Of a DNA stretch of 64,000 nt, positions 12,976 to 26,399 are shown piece after piece (position 1 is the stretch's first letter; each line of letters begins with the position of its first letter). This DNA is from Eledone cirrhosa. Its lineage: Eukaryota. A program made the position numbers and the translations under genes. The notes beneath the pieces are model-generated. The model did no database searches, had not been told where the DNA came from, and was given only the letters and a program-made list of their open reading frames with translations. The DNA lies in contig OZ024740.1 in NCBI GenBank assembly GCA_964016885.1, positions 302,002,001 through 302,066,000 of the forward strand. Direction: 5' to 3'.

Positions 12976-13519
12976 TTGTAATCGCCTATCAATGGACCAC
13001 TGCCTAGTCAACGGTGATATTGATAGAATATATTTCCCTAATAAAATTTTCTTAACTTTTATTTTTATCTGTTCATAATATTTTAATTGTTGATTCTAGA
13101 ACCTTGTACACATATTACTTCCATTTCTACAACCGTAAAACCATTGACTCTGTGTTTTGCTGATCATGTAAAATATGACGAAACCACATCTAATTATGTC
13201 GACCGTATTTGCCAACAAATAACAATGTTATTCATTGACTAATATTGCTCTATCCTCATCGTATAATTATTTCTAGTTATATTTTAATGCTGCCTGCATT
13301 AAATATATCAACAATAAGAGCGTCATTGCTTTTCATTCGAATGACATCTATGAATTATTTATTGTCTAACAAATTATATTTTCTTTTGCTAACCAATATA
13401 AAATGTTGTCCATTTACTAAATAATTATTTCATCAGCACTTTTGGCAAATACAGTGAAATAGGTCTGATGAATAGTTCGTTGAGTATGTGTTGTTTGACT
13501 TGCATTATATAAAATAATT

Positions 13520-13685
13520 ATTTCTACTTTAGGCACAAGGCCAGCAATTAACCCAATGCATTACTGGTACTTTATTTTATCAACGCCGTAAGGATGAAAG
13601 TCAAAGTTAACCTCGGCGGGGTTTTTAACTCCAAACGTAAAGAGCCAAAACTCTATGCTGCAAAGCGTGGTGTCTGACGCTTCAA
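13520..13685 (-). mobile_element. tRNA-derived SINE, family S1
   Basis: TTTCTACTTTAGGCACAAGGCCAGC...GTTAACCTCGGCGGG. Confidence 0.85.
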
Positions 13686-16600
13686 TATTCAGATATTGTC
13701 ATCAGGTGTCTAGATGGCTTGCACAAGTCTCTAAACAACTACATAAATATCCATTTTAAAGGGATTTTAGCTTCGATTTGCAACGGGTTGTAATTTGTGA
13801 GTCTTTTATAGTACACTCATGTAATATGCTTTGTTGAAAGTTAGTTGGTTTTGGTATTCTGTGGTCCAACATATATTTTGATCTTTTCCTTTTGTTGTGT
13901 TGGCTCAGTATCATATTTGCAGCAATAGGGAAATAATACATATTATTCTATATGAAATATCCTGTGAGCAATTAAATATGATCTGAAAATACTCGCAGGT
14001 ATATATATATTTGCACAATCATATGCATAGTTCTTGTCTTCAGAAAATTCTTATGAGCCTTTTATTTATTTATTTATGCTAAGATAACGATATGTTATTT
14101 TTTAATAGATTTGCATGATTCTAATTTTATACAACTGTTGATTTACTTAAAATCATTTAGTAACTGAATACATCTACCTAGACGGTATTTTTCATTCTAC
14201 TACGTCTTTCTGCGTAGATATGCGTGATAGCTTAGTAGCATTTAGATAGGGACATTGAAATGCAATAGTTGGTATTTGTCTTGTTTTCATTTTAATTTAC
14301 ATTTTAGAAAATTTAATTAAAATCGGAACGGTAGTGCCAGTAGTTATTTCAGTCAATTTTAGTTGTTGTCATTTAATATTGGCAATAGGGTAATAGTATT
14401 TTAATGCAAATTTAGGTTCAACATTTAAAGATGGCTGGGCGAGAGGAAATACAAACAAAGTATGTGAGAATTTGACAAACTGCTTAATTTGGGTTGACGA
14501 GTGTAAGTGAGTGATGAATAATAAATAGGTTAGTTTACATATCTGAAGAAACCATTGCAGCAAAGATACAGGGGAGAATGAAAGAGATAGGGAGAACGTG
14601 AAGGTTGGAGAGATAGAGAATAAAAAGAAGGGGCAAAGGTAGTGAATGGATGAGAATAAGAGAGAAATTACACAGACAGATAATTGAACTACTTGTGTTA
14701 TGTATGCATGTGGAGATTTACAGGGTATATTTTATGGAAATTGAGTTGTTAATGTATATGTATTAATTCCCATTAATCTAGTCAACTTAATCTTTAAAAA
14801 TATACGATAATGTACGTGCGGCTAGCTAAATAATTTAGGAATATCCTCCATGTACAAGCTTATATTTTACTTGAAATATTTTCTCTTACTTGAATATTAA
14901 ATATCCTCGTTTAAATTAGGAATGATAGGCATTATCATTTATGTTTCATCTGAAGCGTCACTATCTAAATATATATAACTGTTTTGCATATCAAACTTAT
15001 TACAAGTTTTCTTTTTACATATTATGTAGTTTATCCAACTATATTTGACTGCAAACAATGCCCAGCAGTTATTAGATATTTCAGAAGAATCAGTTTTGGA
15101 AAAAATATTTATTTCGAATATTTTATTAATTCATACAATCGCAAGTACATACAGAAAGCATGTAATGTTCGAGGCTGTGAATGTCTTCTGCTAACGAGAA
15201 TGTGTATTTATACAGAGAATAATAACATCAACGACGATACAATGTTTAACAGGTATACTTGCTCACCTGACTTTATGATGCTCAGCAAATTTCCCTAAAG
15301 TATTATTAGTGTTTGTAAAGAAATGTAGAAAATAGAACAATTCTATATCTTATCTCCCTTTTGTTATGTACTCTCGGATCTTGAATAATATACACCCAAC
15401 CCGTTTATACATTTTCCAGATTTATTTCCACACTTCCTCTCCCCGCTTATTAAATTTTGCTAGTTTATCGCCGGCGAAATGTTCTTTTAAGTGTTAGCAT
15501 TTTCGTGACAATAGTTATTTTGTTTTTTTGTAGACATTACAAAACATACAAGAAAAAAGGGAACATTATATGTAATCCTATACATTATGAAATAAAAATT
15601 ATGTTGAGGACTCAATTCATAAACTAACTAACTAATTCTGGTTTCTAAAAAATCAAGTGTGACAACCTATAAAAACACCTTTGCCAAATTACAATATTAT
15701 GCACAGATATGTACGTTATAATGAATGTTTGGTGGCTTATAAGTTCCTGATGATTATCGAGTGTTGCTTCATTGAAGAGAATAAAACCTCAGTATCATCT
15801 TCCCTCCAGGGCCTACGTACCAACCCAATCTCTGTGCATATACAATACAATTTTTACCGAAGCAAACCATAAACAATTTAATCGAATTCTGAAGTTTTCA
15901 TTTGATGTTTAGTAGAATAAACTTTGTTGATTCTGTTGTTTACTTCATGTCAGCTCTGATCGAAAATGTTTATGAGTAAAATGGTTTCTTCCGAGATTAT
16001 TGGCAGTTTTTCCGACATAGTGTGTGCGCTCTTCGTTTTAAAAGCTATTATTGTGAGCTTATGGGGAAGTTTCTAAATCGGCCGTTATGCTGCTATATCT
16101 AAAATGTGAAGCAATAAATTAAAGGACCATTCGTTGTGTGCAGTTGTGTCAAGTTACCTTTATGGTGATTATGTTCAAGCTACAGGATGTTAGTGACAGA
16201 CATAATTAAAAATGTTTCAGTGCCTCAATCTAAATTGATGATCACTCATTGTTAATAAAATATTACAAGTAGCATATTGAGTGGTTTTCCTTCGTAAATA
16301 CATTAACATATTCTTTATCCATGAAAAATATAATACACCATCATTATTAATATTTCTATTTTTATTTCATGAATAAACCATTGGCTTCCTCCGAGATAAT
16401 TATAATAATACCACGAGTAGAATGCATTTCGTATTTTTCTAGTATATACTCTTCAGACATTTATGTATAAATGTAGTTGACTGTGCATATTTGCATATTT
16501 TCTGTTATATTTGTCTTTCTATAAAATTGTTAATTCATCATGATGAGGATCCAAATTTCCCTGAAACATCCATACAAATTATTCGATGTACTTCAAGAAG

Positions 16601-17267
16601 CGAAAACTACTTACCGATTATTTAATTACTAGCTTTTAAGTATTCATTTTCTACATTTTCCAAAGTATTTGCTCTTTCCTGAAGAAAATTACAAACATCA
16701 ATTCAAAATTTAAAACGTATCCTACAGCTAAACCCATTTCAACAATTATCAACGATTCTACGCAAATTTAACATTCATTGTTGAATGAATGAATATACAT
16801 TCACATAAACAGATACAATAGATAGAACTTTTCAGAATATAATACACATTATGTCATTCACAAACTTCAGTTTTCATTCACTCTTCCACTTTCATATTTT
16901 TGTTCTTCTTACATATTTTTGTTCTTATAAAAAAGGTGTAAGTATTTGCTTATAGTGACGATATAAAACTTATTAGTTATATTAAAATTTCGCAGAGATT
17001 ATTATTTATCACTAAGTACTAGTCAAGGACTCGTTCGATTGAATGAGATGTGGGCTTGAACCAATGGACTTTTGCAGTAATTCGTTATGCCTCTTATCTT
17101 TCTCAGTTCATATCGCACCAACGTAGAATTTGCTATTTACTGTTTGGGGTTGAACAGTTAAGTAACATTAAATTACAAGGATGTATTTAATAGCTGAACC
17201 TTCTCTAATATTCTCTGGGAATTTCCCCAGTCAAATTGAAATAATTATTATATTTATAATAGTAAGT

Positions 17268-17480
17268 AGGTGGTGGAGAGTTATTTTTGGTAGGGAGTCG
17301 GACAAAATGATTTTCAGGATGTAGTTACCACCTTTAAGGGTTGAGTTGAAGTCTTGCCGTGGTCAACTTAGATTTTCATCGATCCGAGGTCGATTAAATA
17401 ACATACCAGTCAAGTAATTGTGTTTAAATAATTGATATTCTCCCTCACTAAAACTGTTGGCCTTGTGCCTGAATCAGGAA
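17268..17480 (+). mobile_element. Diverged S1-related SINE ending in (AAT)n
   Basis: GGTCAACTT...TTTCATCGATCCGAGGTCGAT...TACCAG...TGGCCTTGTGCCT. Confidence 0.6.
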
Positions 17481-17499
17481 TAATAATAATAATAATAAT

Positions 17500-17553
<54 letters not shown>
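17479..17553. repeat. (AAT)n microsatellite
   Basis: Direct. Confidence 0.97.
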
Positions 17554-17690
17554 TCTCCGATACGTCCTGAATATCTGAGGCTGCAGGTAGTGGCTTGATA
17601 TTCAATCCAACGGACTTTCCAGTTAACCAACATCAATGACTGAGATTCAAGGAATAACAACAACAATAATAATAATAATAATAATAATAA
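17553..17690 (+). mobile_element. Extreme 3' end of an R4/Dong-type LINE within (TAA)n
   Basis: Encodes ILRYVLNI-stop; terminus AACATCAATGACTGAGA shared with the minus-strand element ending at 25748; TAA tracts on both sides. Confidence 0.65.
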
Positions 17691-17904
17691 GTTATAAGGC
17701 TCAAATATTCAAATATTCAACTTTGTATTGTACATTGTATATTCAAAAAAGAAAATGGCTATAAATGGAAGAAGACCCCCCACCCCTCCTCTGTCTACAC
17801 TATATAGAACAGCCAAACAACACCAATCTCACCAACACCAGAAACTAGATACACCACCTACCCCATCACCTCTCTGTGTACACTAAACACAACAGCCAGA
17901 TAAC

Positions 17905-18365
17905 GGCAATTTCACCACCACCACTCACTACTGCCATCATTACCACCACTATCCCATCACCGCCGCCACCACTCCTTCATTGATACCACCGCTACAACAC
18001 CATCACTACAGTAATACGATCACATCACCACCACCACTGCCTCGGTATAGACATCACCACCACCACTGTCTCAGTATCGATACCGCCGCTACTGTCTCCC
18101 ACATCTCCACGCTGGCTGCTGCCACCACATTATAGAATTACTATTATTATTGTCTCAAATTTAAAAAAAATGTTTAATTCCAATTTTACGGGAATATGTC
18201 AACACAAAATATAATAAATATATATATTAAACATACGAACACAAACTCATAGATACTACATATCAGTAACCACAACGCCACCGCTGCCACCACCCCACCC
18301 CATCCATCATTGCTACCACTATCCCATCGTCGCCGCCACCACTCATTCAATGCTACCGCCACTAT
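17905..18365 (+). repeat. (CAC/CAT)-rich low-complexity region with internal duplication
   Basis: ACCACTATCCCATC..CGCCGCCACCACTC occurs near 17945 and 18316. Confidence 0.7.
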
Positions 18366-18747
18366 TCCCCTGTTAACTTGAGAGAGAAAGGGGAAGGTGG
18401 CGGTATCACTAGACAAGGGAGAGGCTAGCAAAAGATATAAATAGATTGACTTAGTGACCTGGCCACCGGCCAAACTTCAACATCAACAACTATGGGACTG
18501 CTGGCTCACCCCTTCCTCACCAATAATATAAAAAGCCCCGGCACCACCACCGAAATAGCCAACAACAATAACAGCCAACTACAACAAAAAGTACATTATA
18601 TTATTGTAATGCACTGGGTGATTGCTGGCCTTGTGCCTGGAGTGGAGACAATTATTAATAATTTCATTCTTAAGCCACGCAATGCTCACATTAAGGAACC
18701 ACTCATGATAATAACAATTTAAAAAAACAACAAAAAGAAAACCCCGT

Positions 18748-18836
18748 GACCAAGAAATACCGGGATGGCGGCCGGCGGGGAATAGCCGTGTCTCTGGGGG
18801 AGAACGACCTCTCTAGTCTTGGTTGACACTCGTTCT
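18748..18836 (+). ncRNA. Candidate HDV-like ribozyme at LINE 5' end
   Basis: P1 GACCAA/TTGGTT (G.U first pair), P2 AGAAC/GTTCT, P3 GAC/GTC, 7-nt L3 CTCTCTA, P1.1 TC/GA; J4/2 atypical. Confidence 0.55.
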
Positions 18837-18901
18837 AGAAGTGGTAACACGAAATGATTGCCCCTTGGCGGATAGGGATAAAACGCGAAAAAATAAAGTA
18901 A

Positions 18902-21900
18902 ATGTCTAATGATAAAATCTCATACCGGATCGGCCGTCACCCGGGTAAAAAAGGGCCGCGTCCCTCAGAGAGGAACCAGACTGGGGTCGAAAAATCAGCT
19001 AATGGTTCAAACCTTCCCCTTACTTCGGAGTTGGAGACCTCCCATAATCGGAATACTCCTACTGTTGGCCCTCCATGCTCACCACCAAGAAATCCAAAGA
19101 AAAAGAGAGAAAAATGGTCAAGGGAAGATAATAAAGAAGTCCTTCAGGCTTTCTACACTGTCATGTACTACCCATCAAATACATCGAATACAGAACAGAC
19201 ATATATCAACTGGAAAAAGAAACATCCCGAAAACAGAGGCTATAACAAATTAGCCAATATACGAAGAAATATTGTAAGAAAAAAGTTACTAACTGATATA
19301 GAAATTGATCAGATCAAGCTATTAGCAGAAAGTCAGCAAAGGGAAAATGAAACATGTGTCAGTGAAAACGAGGAAAACTAGAACACTTCGAATCCCAGGG
19401 TTGGGGCGGAATCACTGGCAACAGAACAAATTAAAGAAAGGATCGAAAAAGTGGAGGGAGTGCATGCTCAGGATGAAACTCCAAATGAAAATAATGAGAT
19501 CGTAAATGATAAAGTAATGAATGAGAATGAACTTGCCAACTTGAAGGATGAAATTATGATCGAATGGATGAAAATGAAAGAATCTGACATGGGGCAACGA
19601 GACACCCTCCCTAAGATCCAGAACTCCAAACAGAACCAAAATATAATACACAAGACTAACATAATTCTCAAAAACATTATCATCACAAACAAACTAAACA
19701 TTACTGATTTAAATCATCTCTATTATGCATCGGCTAAAGTCACCACTCCCATATGTGGAGTGAAGATGAAAAAACAAAGGAATTCCCACAAGAAATCTAC
19801 TTGGCAAGAGAACATCAATCGCCAAATAAACCTTCTTCGATCTGAGATAGAAATTTTAACAAACTATAAAGTAGGTGAACATGTTAAACAAACTAAACTT
19901 AGGAAATTGAAAAAAAAGTACAGTATAAAATCAACATGTGACATAGACATGCTGATAGAAATAATCAAGCAAAAAGTGTCGGCCAAAGCTGCTCGTATAA
20001 GGCGCTTTGAAAAACGATCTAGATTCTATAAGGACAATAATATGTTCAAAAACAACCAAAGAAACTTCTACAGAAAAATTGGTAAGTCAACAATAACTGC
20101 TAAATCAATACCACCCAAGGAGGAAGTGCAAGAATTCTGGGAAAAGATCTGGGCCGAAGAAAAAGTTCATAACATACATGCCCCATGGATAGACAGACAA
20201 ATGAAAGATACAGCTCACCTTGAGGAACAAACATGGGAAAATATAACAGTTGAACAGTTGCGCTTGGCTCTAAGAAAAACCACCAAATGGAAATCCCCAG
20301 GAAAAGACAAAATACAAAACTTTTGGATAAATGCCTTCACAGGGTCTCATGAGCTGTTAGCCCAACTTTACAATGAAATAGTTAAGGAGCCAGAAAAGAT
20401 ACCTTCATGGCTAGTTAACGGCATTACATTCTTGCTTCCGAAGAATGATGAGACAAACAATCCCAACAATTACAGACCGATAACTTGCTTGACCACAATG
20501 TATAAAATTTTAACATCAGTCCTAACTGAATACACATATGACCACCTGATAACAAATGACCTATTTCCCATTGAGCAGAAAGGGTGTAAAAGAGGCTCAT
20601 ATGGCTGTAAGGATCAGCTTCTGGTTAACAAAATGATACTGGAAGATTGTCATAATAGACACAAAAATCTATCGATTGCTTGGATAGATTATAAAAAAGC
20701 ATTCGATAGTTTGCCACACAGTTGGATTGAAAAATGTTTAGAGATTTTCAAAATATCCCCCGTTGTCAGGAGGTTTTTGTCATTCAGTATGAAGACATGG
20801 AAAACGACACTCCTTTTCAATAGTGAAACAAAATCACTGGAAGCTGGAGAAGTTAATATTAATTGTGGAATTTTTCAGGGTGACTCTTTATCACCGCTTT
20901 TATTCTGCATCGCACTTATTCCATTAAGTAAAATGCTCAATGAAACAAAACATGGATATAAAGTCTATGACAAAACCATTAATCACCTGTTCTACATGGA
21001 TGACCTGAAACTATTTCCAAAAAATGATGAACAATTGCAAGGGCTATTATCCACTGTGAAGCAGTTCTGTGATGACATTAAAATGGAGTTTGGACTAGAT
21101 AAATGCGCCAAAGCAACGTTCACCAGACGAAAGCAGCTGAAGAGTTCAGACATTAATCTTGATCGGGGGAACGTGATAAGAGAACTTGATCAAGAAAAAA
21201 CTTACAAATATCTAGGTATTTGTGAAGGAGAAGGAATCAAGCACTCGACAATGAGGGAAAGGATAAGGAACGAATGTTACCGCAGAGTAAGAGCAATCTT
21301 AAGAACGGAATTGAATGCAAGGAATAGGATCGATGCCATAAACACGCTTGCCATACCAGTAGTAACCTACAGTTACGATGTCATCAACTGGTCAAGCACA
21401 GAGATCCGTAGGCTCGATACAAAAATTCGAAAAATCTTAACCATGCACAGAATGCATCACCCTAAGGCAGATATAGATAGAATATATCTCCCTAGGAAAA
21501 AGGAGGACGTGGGTTAATCCAGTTAGACATTGCGTTGAAAACTGCAACAATTGGATTATCTACATATCTAAGGGAATCACATGATTGGATGATCAAACAC
21601 GTTTTGAAACACGAAAGCATCAAAAGATCATATTCCATTACAAAAGATGCACAAAGATACAGTAATGGACTACAAATTTCAGAAGTCCCATTTACTGCTG
21701 AAATGGAAAACACAGAAAAAGCAAAGCAGGTAAAAGTAACTGCAAAGAAAGAACTGCTACAGAAACTGGCTAAGAAATGGCAAGAAAAGCCTCTGTATGG
21801 AAAATACCCAGAGCGAGCTAACAATCCTGATGTTGACAAAACTTTAACCCATCAGTGGTTGGCATCCTCTGGACTGAAATCGGAGACTGAAGGACTGATT

Positions 21901-22541
21901 ATATCGGCACAAGATCAGTGTCTGCCAACAAAAAATTACCAAGCCAACATAATAAAAAATGGGTGCAGCCCATTATGCCGTGTATGCAAAAAACAACCAG
22001 AGACCATTGACCATATAATTTCAATGTGCAGTCCTATAGCTCCAACCGAATACCTAAACAGGCATGACAGAGCTGCATAATACATACATTGGATAATGTG
22101 TAAGCATTTTGACCTGCCCCATCAAAAGAATTGGTGGGAGCATCAACCACCTCCCATACTTGAAAAAGATCACATCTCAATCTTGTGGAACTTTAGCATC
22201 CAAACAGACCGAAAAATAGATACAAACAGACCTGATATAATATTGAAAGACTTTCAAAAGAGGGTATGCCTGCTAATTGATATGTCTGTTCCAATAGACA
22301 AGAATGTATCTATAAAAACATTTGAAAAATTGAGCAAGTATAAGGACCTGGAGATAGAAATTGGAAAAATGTGGAAATTGAGAACTAAAACAATACCAGT
22401 GATTGGAGGCGCTCTGGGAATGATACCTAAGGGGTCTAATGATTACTTATCGCAAATCCCAGGAAACCCGCGTATAGGAGAATACAAAAGATAGTACTAA
22501 TGGGAACTGCCCATATACTAAGGAAGATTCTGTCAATATAA
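18902..22541 (+). pseudogene. Disrupted RT plus RLE polyprotein of Dong-like LINE
   Basis: WKSPGKD, YRPITCL, DYKKAFDS, FQGDSLSPLLF, YMDDLKL, CRVC..ETIDHIISMC, RHD, RPD..ID..K..KY; stops at 19379 and 22078, frameshifts near 21500 and 22485. Confidence 0.92.
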
Positions 22542-22709
22542 GTACATCACAAGTCTAAACATCTATAGATGCATGTGTGTGTATGTATGTTCTTTCTTGA
22601 ACATGGCGGACCTTGTTGTCTCTTGAGGTCACTGGTTGTGACTTGGTGATAACTCGTATGAACATAAAGCAAGATAAATGCAACTGTAATAATAATAATA
22701 ATAATAATG

Positions 22710-25312
22710 ATTTCATTTATTAGCCACAAGGGCCGACATGTAGGGGCAATACAAAGACAGGGACAGTGGGGGTTTACAATAAGGTCGAGTAAAACTGCAC
22801 AATGGCAAGACTAATTTAACAATGAAAATATAAAAATATAAAATAAACTATGCATAAATATAACAAAATAAAATCCCCGATAGGGGGTGGACGACCCTGG
22901 GGTGATTCGGGTACCCCACCAATCCTGAACCACCCTGCGCTTCTAGGGCACCCAGGGAGAGCACCCCTCTCCTCAAGTTAGCTAGCCTATAGGCGCATGG
23001 TCAGAGTAGGCCCATTCACACGAGCCATTCTCGCCACATTCACCCACCTTTTAGCAAATGTACTGGGGGGCAGCACTTCTATCTCCACCCTCACCTTCCT
23101 TTCCAGGTGAAACTTGAAGAAGTTGATGAGGGATTGCCCGAAGAGAAAAGTGTCTGTCTTTAGTCCTTTCAACCTGGTCCACCATATAATCTCTTTCGCA
23201 ACTGCCACCAGACAGAGGAAACTTTCCTGCTCTTCCTGACCTAAGGAAGGCGGTGGATCGATCTTCACTATGGACTCGGCCGATAGCCGGATTCGTTCCA
23301 CACGCGACCGTAGCTGTTCGACATAACTCCACAAGTCAGTAATGCACGGACATTGGACAAGTGCGTGCAGAACGGTTTCGTCGTTCTGTGCGCATCTTGG
23401 GCATGTCCGTCTGACAGCACTTCCGTGCCTGTAGAGTTTATCCCGAACCGGTAGTGCCCCACCGTAGCACTGCCAAGCGAGGGATTTCTGGAAATTGTCT
23501 ATCATCCCCGGCTCAAAAGTCCTCCCGTACAGACTGGTCAGTTCGACTTCGTCGAGGCCCAAAGCTTCTCCGAGAGCGTCATCGCACTTGCCCACCACTA
23601 ATCCTCTATATAACTCGAGAGTGGAAGTTCCACTGATCGCATTGCCCGCTTGGTAGAGGGCAGTGAGTGTCTGGCAACATTCCAGGTGCCAGTCACCCAG
23701 TCTGGGTCTCTTCTTGACCCAGGACTGCAGCACTGTCAAAGAAATGAGCTGCGGAAAGGCCCGTCTGATAAACGGCGACCACACCTGTTCACCGTTGCGG
23801 CAAAATATCTGGAGATGTCGCAGCCTCAACGCATGTCTGCGCATCATTAGCCACGGCATGCCCTGCCCTCCGCGTAGAGGGTGCTGGCAGCAGATGGACC
23901 GCCTCACCAACGGAACTTGTCCCCTCCACAAGAATTTGAAGAGGAGCCGTTCCAACTTGACGAGGCGCGGACGGGGGCAAGGCACAACGGTCAGGTGGTA
24001 GTAGATGACGGGCGCGATGTACGCATTCGCCACCTCCGCGCGACCTTTCAGTGATTGCTTCCTCCCAGCCCATTTTTAGGGATGACTGGCTACTCTGCTC
24101 GTTACCTCGTCCCAATTCTTTTCCACCTGGAGGTCTGGTCCGAACCAAACCCCGAGCAACTTTACCGGTCCGTCCGTCCAGCGCCCCACGACGCTGTTCG
24201 ACGGCATGGGCTTGCTTCTCCTGGTTCCGAGCTGCAAGCCCACCGACTTTCCCGGGTTAAGTTTGGCTCCTGTCAACCTTTCATATTCCTTCAATAAGGT
24301 ACCGACCACCTCGATTTCTGAGGTGTTCGATACCATCACGGTGATGTCGTCCGCATAAGCCGACACCGCCTTTTCACGTCCCGGTTCGAGTGGGATTCCC
24401 TGCAACAGCTCCAGCTTCCGCAGTAAAGGCACTAGAGTCAATACGTACAGAAGGGAAGAGAGAGGGCACCCTTGACGGACCGATCGGGAGAGCCGAAATA
24501 GTTCCGAGAGGTGGCCATTAACCTTGACCACCGAGCGTGTGCCGCTGTGCATTGCAACGATCCAGCTTCTAAAGACAGGGCCGAAGCCAGCTGCTTTGAG
24601 GACAAACTCCAGATACCGATGGTCGACCCTATCGAATGCTTTCGATTGATCTAAATTGATCAGTGCCTCACGGAAGCCAGGTTTACACCCTACCCTCTCT
24701 ATGATGTATCGCATGAGGTGGAGATTGTCGTGTATGGACCTGACTGGGATTGCGCAAGTTTGCGCCTCCCCAACCAAATCCTCGACAACAAGCGCCAATC
24801 TCTTTGCTAACACCTTGGCCAAAATCTTAAACTCTGTGTTGAGCAGAGTTATGGGCCTGAAGTTGTCTAATGTATCCCTCTTGTTCTCGTCTTTCCTTAT
24901 CAGCGTCATCACTCCCCTGCTCACAGAACTGGGAATACTCCCATTCTGCTGCCAGTGGCAGTAGAGTGCTTCGAGGTGTTCGGAGAACAAGTCTGGCAAT
25001 TTACGTAAAGCTCGTAGGGCAGACCATCCAAACCGGGTGACTTGCGCCTCATGCAGCCGACAAGGGCGTCCTGAATTTCGGCTGAAGTAATCGGCCATTC
25101 GCAGCGCTCAGCGTCGACCGTCGAGATGCGCGACAAGCCATCAAGGTAGGGAGTGAAATCCGCTACTCTCTCTGACTCGCCACTCTCCCTGAACAACCAA
25201 GCAAAGTGCTGGCGAAAGGCCTCACACATCCGCTTGGAATCGCTTATCTCGTGTCCGTCTCGGACCGCCAAAGACCGAATTGTGGTTTTATTACCACGCT
25301 GCGCCTCCGCCA
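22710..25312 (-). mobile_element. 5'-truncated Tx1/L1-clade LINE
   Basis: ORF2 remnant; 3' UTR ends CCTTGTGGCTAATAAATGAAATC then (ATT)n. Confidence 0.88.
22987..25310 (-). pseudogene. Frameshifted Tx1/L1 ORF2 (RT plus C-terminal CCHC)
   Basis: KSPGLDGLPYELY, NFRPITLLN, LDQSKAFDRVDH, RQGCPLS, AYADD, CPRC..ETVLHALVQC. Confidence 0.9.
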
Positions 25313-25313
25313 G

Positions 25314-25710
25314 TTAATCAGTGCCCTGATTAACTTTTTCAAATTTCATTTGAAAAGGAAAATCAGGGTAGAGAGGGAAGTGCTCTCTTCCCAGCATTTT
25401 GTTGAAAGATGGGTGAGAGAGGCAAGTATGGCCCGAGTATGTGTCTGTAAATTAAAGGTGGAAAACTGGGAGAGGGCACTTGCCCTGGTGGTCAAGGTAA
25501 CTGTGCCCTTTTAATGGGCTTTCTCCACAAATGTCCATCGGAAGTCTCCCCCCTATTGGGGAATTTTTCATTGTTATTTTTTTTGTTACATCCTCTGTTT
25601 TTGTTTTTTACACGCAGAAATGCCCATTTGTACCGTCCTGTATTGTCCTGCACTGTCCTTAATGTCTACTTTATGTAAACCCTTGTGGTTAATAAAGAAA
25701 TCATTATTAT
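25314..25710 (+). mobile_element. 3' fragment of a related but distinct Tx1-like LINE
   Basis: LINFFKFHLKRKIRVEREVL..RWV..A.MARV matches the C terminus of 22987-24033; same terminus CCTTGTGGTTAATAAAGAAATC-(ATT)n. Confidence 0.85.
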
Positions 25711-25747
25711 TCTTCTTCTTATTATTATTATAATTATTATTATTGTT

Positions 25748-26105
25748 CTTTGAGTCTCAGTCATTGATGTTACTTAACTGGAAAGTAGGCATGCATTTTG
25801 AAGTGATCTAAAAGAGGGGAGTGGGCTGATGGTCTTTAGCCAGCCTTGGAAACTATTCGAGATAGTACCCAGTGCTCCCATGATGATGGGGACGACCTTG
25901 ATCACATGACAGTTCCAAATCATTTTCAGTTCCCACATCAAGTCCTGGTACCGGTTAATCTGTTCCCTCTCCTTTTCCTGTAATCTTGTGTCGAAGGGGG
26001 AATCTACATCTATAATCAAGCAGGAACGATTTTTTTTGTCGAAGACCACAAAGTCACGCCTATTGTTTGCTAATTCTTTATCAGTTTTTATTCTGAAATC
26101 CCAGC
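25748..26105 (-). mobile_element. 3' fragment of an RLE (Dong/R4-type) LINE
   Basis: WDF..TD..NRRDFVVFDKKNRSCLIIDV..Y.DL..E..IW..VVPIIMGALG; (TAA)n tail. Confidence 0.8.
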
Positions 26106-26169
26106 TATGTGCGACTTCGGTATATGAAGTGTAGTTTTCACTAGTGTTGATTTTAATGTATTGATAGTA

Positions 26170-26380
26170 CTTTTCGTAATATGTGTGCAGTGCCTAGTAG
26201 TACTATTTTCTGTATGCTGTATATATTTGTAAGTCCTTGGGTCTTTGTTGTGTATTTCTCTGTGTGTTTATTTTATCATTCCAGGGCATCTATTATTATA
26301 AGTATTGTTTCAGTTTTCATTTTCCACGTTCGAGCTAGTTCTATCTCTAGATATTTATATTTGGAGAGTTTCTTTAAATG
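26170..26380 (-). mobile_element. Second RLE LINE 3' fragment
   Basis: KLSKYKYLEIELARTWKMKTET similar to KLSKYKDLEIEIGKMWKLRTKT near 22330. Confidence 0.7.
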
Positions 26381-26399
26381 GATAATACACCAGGTTATT

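Larger units (their letters stand above)
18742..22708 (+). mobile_element. Near-full-length R4/Dong-type non-LTR retrotransposon with (TAA)n tail
   Basis: GC-rich 5' UTR; single ORF with RT, CCHC and restriction-like endonuclease; 3' UTR ending in (TAA)7. Confidence 0.9.

Noticed and set aside
16540-16570. ATGATGAGGA...TCCCTGAAAC
   Set aside because: Core position 3 is wrong and stems I and III are missing
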